A DNA stretch of 64,000 bases. Origin: Planctomycetota bacterium (GTDB lineage Bacteria; Planctomycetota; JAJSAM01; JAJVHW01). The notes below the pieces were generated by a model. It was not told where the DNA came from. It searched no databases and saw only the letters and a list, made by a program, of their open reading frames with translations. The stretch spans positions 736,001 through 800,000 of the forward strand of contig CBDFJG010000003.1 of NCBI GenBank assembly GCA_965248445.1, given 5' to 3'. The position numbers were made by a program, and so were the translations under genes. Within the stretch, counting starts at the first letter, position 1. Each line of letters begins with the position of its first letter. Positions 58,891 to 64,000 of the stretch are shown here, piece after piece.

Positions 58891-60609
58891 ATGGGCAGGC
58901 GCGTCCTTCTCGCTGCGGTCTTCGCACTCCTCCTGCTCACGGTCCTGCCCGTCGGCCGCGCCCTGTTCTCCGCGTTCGTCGTGGACGACGCCCCGGGCCG
59001 CCCGACCGAGTTCACCCTGGACCATGTCGCCGAGGTGTTCGCCCCGGGGTCGGCCGCGGACGAGGTCCCGAGCGAGGCGGCGCCCGCCGCTCGGTCTGGC
59101 TGGTCGCGCTTCCGGATGCTGGGCAACAGCGCCGCCATCGGCGCGCTCGCGGCCCTCCTCGCAGTGCTCGTCGGCGTGCCCATGGCCGTGCTCGTCGCGC
59201 GCACGGACCTGCCGTTCCGGCGAACGCTCGGGCTGATCTGCTACGCGCCTCTCGTGCTGCCCCCCCTGCTCGTGGCCCTCGCCTGGAACATGATCCCAGC
59301 GCTCGAGCCGCCGCCGATCACCTCCGCGCCGGAGCCGGGGGCACTCGCTGGAGTGATCGGAATCGTCCGCGCCGCCGCGCTCTTCGCGCTCTGCTACTAC
59401 CCGATCGTGGTGCTGTTCGCGCGACGGGCGCTGTCCGAGGTGCCCGGGGCGGTAGAGGAGTCCGCGCGGCTGACCCTCGGCCGCGGACGGGCGCTCCGGC
59501 GCGTCACGCTGCCACTGGTCTGGCCCGGTGTTGTGGCAGGAGCGCTGTTCGTATTCCTGTTCGCGCTGAACGACTTCGCCGTCGTCGACTTCCTCAACTG
59601 GGTCCGTCCCACGGGCGCGCGCGTGGCGGTCTACCCCTTCGAGTCGTTCTCCGCGTGGAACAAGTCCAACGGCCAGGGGCCGGCGACCGCACTCGGCCTG
59701 CCGCTCCTCGTCCTCGGTCTGGCGACCCTCTTCGCCGTCCACCGACTGATCGGACGGCGTTCGCGTGCGTCCGTCGGTGGAGCGCATCGCCCCGCGGCAC
59801 GCATGCGCCTGGGCGTCGCACGCTGGCCGGCATTCGCCGCCGCCGTGGCGCTGATCGGCGTCTCCGCCGTCGCGCCGGTCGCGACACTGGTCTGGCGCGC
59901 GGGCGGCGGCGACGCGTACCGCCGGGTCTGGCAACTCGTGGCCGGCGCCACCTCCTCGACCGACGAGGTGGCGTGGACTCTCTGGTTCGCCGCCGCGGCC
60001 GCGGCGCTCGCGCTGCCGCTCGCGTTCGTGCTGGCACACCGCGCCGCGCGCAGCGGCAGCACCTGGCTACCGGCACTCGCACTTCTGCCGCTGGCGTTGC
60101 CGCCGATCTTCCTCGGGGCCGGCTACCTCCGCCTGCTGAACCACCCGGCGCTCTCCGAACTGGTCGGGGGGCGCAACCCGTTCCTGGACCCGGACACGCC
60201 GCGATACGGTCCGATCCTGCTGCTGGTCGCCAAGTACCTGCCGTTCGCGATCGCGGCGCTGTGGGCGGCGTTCCTCGAGATCGACCCGCGGCTGGAGGAA
60301 GCCGCGCGTACCGCAGGAGTGCGCCCGCTCGCCCGCGTGCTCGGCGTGCTCGAACCGCTCGTGCGGCCCGCGTCGGCCCTCGCGTTCGTGCTGGTCTTCG
60401 TGTTCGCGCTACGCGAGATCGACACGATCGTGCTGCTGACCGGCGAGACGGTCATGCGGAAGATCTACTCGATGGTGCACTTCAGCCGCGACGAGCAGGT
60501 AGCGGCGTTATCCGTGATCTTGATCGCGATGCAGGCGATTCCGTTCGTCGTCCTGGCGATCCTCACCTCCGGGCGCTCGAACGTCGCGGCCGAGGCCCGT
60601 ACGCACTAG
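58891..60609 (+). CDS. ABC transporter permease, FbpB/ThiP-like (two fused TM domains)
   Basis: Two EAA motifs (VEESARLTLG, LEEAARTAG), about 12 TMs; RBS AAGGAG. Confidence 0.85.
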   Translation: MGRRVLLAAVFALLLLTVLPVGRALFSAFVVDDAPGRPTEFTLDHVAEVFAPGSAADEVPSEAAPAARSGWSRFRMLGNSAAIGALAALLAVLVGVPMAVLVARTDLPFRRTLGLICYAPLVLPPLLVALAWNMIPALEPPPITSAPEPGALAGVIGIVRAAALFALCYYPIVVLFARRALSEVPGAVEESARLTLGRGRALRRVTLPLVWPGVVAGALFVFLFALNDFAVVDFLNWVRPTGARVAVYPFESFSAWNKSNGQGPATALGLPLLVLGLATLFAVHRLIGRRSRASVGGAHRPAARMRLGVARWPAFAAAVALIGVSAVAPVATLVWRAGGGDAYRRVWQLVAGATSSTDEVAWTLWFAAAAAALALPLAFVLAHRAARSGSTWLPALALLPLALPPIFLGAGYLRLLNHPALSELVGGRNPFLDPDTPRYGPILLLVAKYLPFAIAALWAAFLEIDPRLEEAARTAGVRPLARVLGVLEPLVRPASALAFVLVFVFALREIDTIVLLTGETVMRKIYSMVHFSRDEQVAALSVILIAMQAIPFVVLAILTSGRSNVAAEARTH

Positions 60610-60614
60610 GAGCT

Positions 60615-61772
60615 TCAGGAGACTTCGAGGTAGCGCCGCACGACGCCCTCGATGAACGCTGCTCCGATCGCGAGCGCATCCTCGTGCACGTCGAACTGCG
60701 GATGGTGATGCGGGAACGACGTCCGCGGCGTCCCGTCGGAGCCGCCGATGAACCCGAAGACACCGGGCACCTCGCGCAGGAGCAGGCTCATGTCCTCGCT
60801 GCCCATCGTGGGCCGGCAGTGCACGACGTTCTTCTTCCCCACGATCCCGACGGCGACCTCGCGCGCCAACTCGACCATGCCGGGGTCGTTCAGCAGCGAC
60901 GGTAGGAAGCGGGTCCACTCGATCTCCGCCCGGGCGCCCAGACCGCGGCTGACATCCGTGACCAGGCGCTTGAACCGGCGCCCGACGCGCTTGCGCACCG
61001 CATCGTCGAACGTGCGCACCGTCCCGCGGAGCACGGCGTGCGGCGGGATGACGTTGAACGCGGTGCCGGCCTGCAGCGAGCCGACCGTGACCACCGCCGA
61101 GTCGCGCGGGTCGACGGATCGGGAGACGATCGTCTGCAGCGCCGTCACGACGTGGGCGGCAACGACGATCGGGTCCACTGAGTCGTGCGGATACGCCGCG
61201 TGACCGCCGCGCCCGTGCACGTGCACCTCGAACGTGTCGATGGCCGCCATCGTCGGCCCCTCGCGCAGCGCGATGCGGCCGACCTTCTCGGGCGACCAGA
61301 CATGGACACCGACCGCCGCGTGCACGACCGGCCTCTTCAGCAGGCCCGCGTCGATGCACTGCCCCATTCCGTTCGCGCCTTCCTCGCCGGGCTGGAACAG
61401 CAGCTTCACGGCCCCGCGCTCGGGAGGCTCTGCCGCGAAACGGCGCGCCACCTCGACGAGGCCGGCGGCATGCACGTCGTGACCGCACGCGTGCATGACT
61501 CCGTCGTTCTGCGACGCGAACGGGAGGCCCGTCTGCTCGGTGACCGGCAACCCGTCGATGTCAGCTCGCGCGACGATCGTCTTGCCACGCTTCTTCCCGG
61601 AGACCGTCGCTGTGACGCCGGTGCCGGCGATCCGCTTCGGGCTGAGGCCGAGCAGACCAAGCCAGCCCTCGATCGCCGAGGCCGTCTCGGTCTCCTGCAT
61701 CGAGAGTTCCGCGTGCGCGTGGAGGTGCCGGCGCAGTTCGACGAGCCCCGGGACCACCTGGCGCGGGCTCAC
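60615..61772 (-). CDS. M20 family amidohydrolase
   Basis: RADIDGLP, MHACGHD, FQPGEE, GGHAAYP, SED, HHP.FD. Confidence 0.92.
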   Translation of the reverse strand: MSPRQVVPGLVELRRHLHAHAELSMQETETASAIEGWLGLLGLSPKRIAGTGVTATVSGKKRGKTIVARADIDGLPVTEQTGLPFASQNDGVMHACGHDVHAAGLVEVARRFAAEPPERGAVKLLFQPGEEGANGMGQCIDAGLLKRPVVHAAVGVHVWSPEKVGRIALREGPTMAAIDTFEVHVHGRGGHAAYPHDSVDPIVVAAHVVTALQTIVSRSVDPRDSAVVTVGSLQAGTAFNVIPPHAVLRGTVRTFDDAVRKRVGRRFKRLVTDVSRGLGARAEIEWTRFLPSLLNDPGMVELAREVAVGIVGKKNVVHCRPTMGSEDMSLLLREVPGVFGFIGGSDGTPRTSFPHHHPQFDVHEDALAIGAAFIEGVVRRYLEVS

Positions 61773-62113
61773 AGATCACCCTTCCGGAGCGTCACCCACG
61801 AGTCCTCGGTCTCGAACAGCCGGACCTCGTTCAGCGGGAGATCCTCGAGCTGCCGCCAGATCCAGACGGCGACGTTCTCGGCGGACGGCATATCGAGGAG
61901 GCCGTTCAGGTCGCGATGATCGAGCCGGTCGATGACCCGCTCCTCAACCGTTGCCTTGAGGTCGTAGAAGTCCATCACCAGGCCGTCCTGGCGAATCGGA
62001 CCCTCGACCGTGACCTCGAGCCGGTAACCGTGGCCGTGCGGCCGTTCGCACTTGCCCGGATACCCCGGCAGGTGGTGTGCAGCCTCGAATCGAAAGCGTT
62101 TGGTGACGCGCAT
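61769..62113 (-). CDS. queD: 6-carboxytetrahydropterin synthase
   Basis: FEAAH, C..PHGH, MDF, LDH, SAEN, ET. Confidence 0.9.
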   Translation of the reverse strand: MRVTKRFRFEAAHHLPGYPGKCERPHGHGYRLEVTVEGPIRQDGLVMDFYDLKATVEERVIDRLDHRDLNGLLDMPSAENVAVWIWRQLEDLPLNEVRLFETEDSWVTLRKGDL

Positions 62114-62165
62114 GGCGGCGCAGAGTACCGAGACCGGCGCCCTTTTGCTCCGGGAACAGATCGGC

Positions 62166-62218
62166 GTCTCCAGTGCGTCAGCCGCAGCACCAACGGTCTC
62201 CACAGCGTCAGCTGTGGA
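62166..62218. repeat. Two family B-like GC-GTCA-GC units (30-bp period)
   Basis: TCCACAGC-GTCA-GCTGTGGA (62199-62218) and a degenerate copy at 62166-62187. Confidence 0.55.
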
Positions 62219-62220
62219 AC

Positions 62221-62254
62221 CAGAAAAGAAGGCCCCGGCGTCTCCGCCGGGGCC
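62221..62254 (-). terminator. Intrinsic terminator of the ferritin-like gene
   Basis: 10-bp stem GGCCCCGGCG/CGCCGGGGCC followed by TTCTTTTC on the minus strand. Confidence 0.8.
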
Positions 62255-62279
62255 CCCTCCCTTCCTGAGTCCGCCTTCG

Positions 62280-62768
62280 CTAGGCGGCCTCGGCCTCGGC
62301 CGCAGTGGCCTCGGCCTCCACCTTCCGGAGAGCGGTGAGGAGCTCGTCGCGGTGCGCGCGGCTCTCCTCGACCAGGATCTTCAGGAAGATCCGGCAAGAG
62401 CGGTCCGGCACCATGTCCGATGCGCGATCGCAGAACGTCCGCGCCTCCTCGGCCGTGCGTACCGCCATCCGCAGCACGGTCACGTAGTCGAGGTCGACGT
62501 CGCGGCCCATGTCCGCCAGAGCGGCGTGCATGGGAGAGACGTCGATCTGTATGTCGCCCAGCAGCGGTGTCGGGCACAGCTCCTTGCGGTGCTTGATCAG
62601 GATCTTCCGCTGGTCCTTCTCGTCCTGCCCCATCCGACGGAACCAGCGCCGCTGGTCCACGTCTTCCAGACGGTCTGCGACTCGGGTGTAGAACCCGAAC
62701 GCGATCTCCTTCTCGCGCGCCATCCGATCCAGGATCGCGCGTACCCGTGCAGCCTCGACCGAGCCCAT
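62280..62768 (-). CDS. Ferritin-like/rubrerythrin-family protein
   Basis: E..A..FY, AVRTAEEA..F, EE..H four-helix-bundle pattern. Confidence 0.7.
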   Translation of the reverse strand: MGSVEAARVRAILDRMAREKEIAFGFYTRVADRLEDVDQRRWFRRMGQDEKDQRKILIKHRKELCPTPLLGDIQIDVSPMHAALADMGRDVDLDYVTVLRMAVRTAEEARTFCDRASDMVPDRSCRIFLKILVEESRAHRDELLTALRKVEAEATAAEAEAA

Positions 62769-62846
62769 ACCCCATGCCCTCCTTGGTGAGTCGCCGATCA
62801 GCCATGTCCCAACAACATGCCCGGTGCCAATCAGCGTGCCCCGAGG

Positions 62847-62898
62847 ATGCTACGAAGTGTCAGTTGACTGTCAAGGGGGGTGTCACGATTTGGTGACA
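62847..62898 (-). promoter_or_regulatory. Putative sigma70 promoter with TGTCA repeats
   Basis: Minus strand TTGACA-N16-TAGCAT; TGTCA at 62858, 62869, 62881; palindrome TGTCAC-N6-GTGACA. Confidence 0.5.
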
Positions 62899-62966
62899 TC
62901 GTCAGCGCCGCATGACAGACCGGCAGCGGCTTGTTGCTGCAGGTTCACGGCCCGGCGGTGAGACGG

Positions 62967-64000
62967 CTAGCGCGGCAGCTGAGACGGGAAACCGAGGCCG
63001 CGGGCGATCTCGGCCGTGCCATCGGCCAGCATCCCCGGCGCGAGACCGGCCAGGATGAGCAGGGCCACTGAGACCGCCAGGGCGATCTTCATCCGGCCGG
63101 CGGCGGCAGGCGTCGCGGGACTGCGCGCGTCTCGCATGTAGATACGCTTCACGACCGCGAGGTAGTAGTAGAGCGCGATCACGACGTTGATCAGGCCGGC
63201 CACGGCGAGCCAGCGCAGGCTCGGCCGGCCGAACGCCGACCCCACCAGCATGAACTTGCCGAAGAAGCCGAGGAACGGCGGCACACCGGCGAGGGACAGC
63301 AGCGCCACGGTCAGAGAGGCGCCGAGGAGCGGGCTCTTGCGGGCCAGTCCCGAGTAGTCCTCGATCTCGTGGCTCCCGGTCGCCCGCGAGACGGCGATGA
63401 TCACGCCGAACGCAAGCAGGTTCGTGATCACGTACGCGGCCATGTAGACGAGCGCCCCGGAGATGCCCGTCTCCCAGGAGGCCGCGATGCCGAGCAGGAT
63501 GTACCCGCACTGGCCGATCGACGAGTAGCCCATCAGCCGCTTGATGTTCGACTGCGGCAGCGCTCCGAGGTTTCCGTAGAAGAGCGTCAGCGCCGCCACG
63601 AGCGCGAGGAACGGCGTCAGGGACGCCATCAACGCGCTCGCGTGATTCGAGACCTCGAGGATGCGGATCATCAGCACGAAGCCCGCGAGCTTCGAACCGA
63701 CTGACAGGTAGGCGGTGACGGGCGTGGGCGCGCCCTGATAGACGTCCGGCACCCAGACGTGGAGCGGCACCGCCGACGTCTTGAACCCGAGGCCGATGAA
63801 CACCAGCATCACGCCGATCAGCAGCTCGTTCGAGACAACGAGGTCGCCGCTCGCCAACAGCTGGCGCAGGCCGGTGTGGATCACCTCGCCCGTCTCGGAG
63901 TCCGTCAGCGTGTCGAAGAATACCGTGCCGGTCGCGCCGTATACGAACGCGATGCCGTAGAGCAGAACCGCGGCCGAGAGCGATCCGATCACGAGCAGCT
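62967..64000 (-). CDS. nuoN: NADH-quinone oxidoreductase subunit N (5'-truncated by window edge)
   Basis: FKTSAVPLHVWVPDVYQGAPTP, KRLMGYSSI, SLAGVPP..GF.GK. Confidence 0.93.
   Translation of the reverse strand, partial: LLVIGSLSAAVLLYGIAFVYGATGTVFFDTLTDSETGEVIHTGLRQLLASGDLVVSNELLIGVMLVFIGLGFKTSAVPLHVWVPDVYQGAPTPVTAYLSVGSKLAGFVLMIRILEVSNHASALMASLTPFLALVAALTLFYGNLGALPQSNIKRLMGYSSIGQCGYILLGIAASWETGISGALVYMAAYVITNLLAFGVIIAVSRATGSHEIEDYSGLARKSPLLGASLTVALLSLAGVPPFLGFFGKFMLVGSAFGRPSLRWLAVAGLINVVIALYYYLAVVKRIYMRDARSPATPAAAGRMKIALAVSVALLILAGLAPGMLADGTAEIARGLGFPSQLPR

Noticed and set aside
62114..62220. preQ1 riboswitch before queD
   Set aside because: No preQ1 stem-loop with A-rich tail; region explained by REP-like units and a proximal -10 element
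62815..62842. Sigma54 promoter
   Set aside because: GGCAC motifs are present on the minus strand but GG-N10-GC spacing is not satisfied

Overview
High-GC (about 70%) bacterial chromosomal segment of mostly housekeeping genes, most likely from a Planctomycetota-type organism. That assignment is an inference from a prepilin with an H-X9-D(G/T) tail, a histone-like-tailed DksA, a terpene-cyclase-like lipoprotein and a dcw cluster lacking ftsA/ftsZ. From left to right: the 3' end of an IS66; type IV pilus ATPases (pilB-pilT-pilB); ppdK; yebC; rpsI-rplM; a nearly intact dcw cluster (mraZ rsmH ftsL ftsI murE murF mraY ftsW murG murC murB orf ftsQ) with no murD, ddl, ftsA or ftsZ; dnaE with a complete IS1380 at its stop codon; metK, waaA, secA, a response regulator, pyrD, lspA, dksA, xerD, uvrC, uvrB; several lipoproteins and membrane proteins; an orphan Fe3+-type ABC permease; an M20 amidohydrolase; queD; a ferritin-like protein; partial nuoN. 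The most notable non-coding signals are a 284-bp MITE with CTAG duplication at the mraY stop codon, three intergenic structured repeat families (two with compensatory stem changes), and a 4x GTGG MraZ-box array. No tRNA, rRNA or CRISPR array was recognised. All product calls come from recognising motifs by eye; no database search was run, so novelty is untested.
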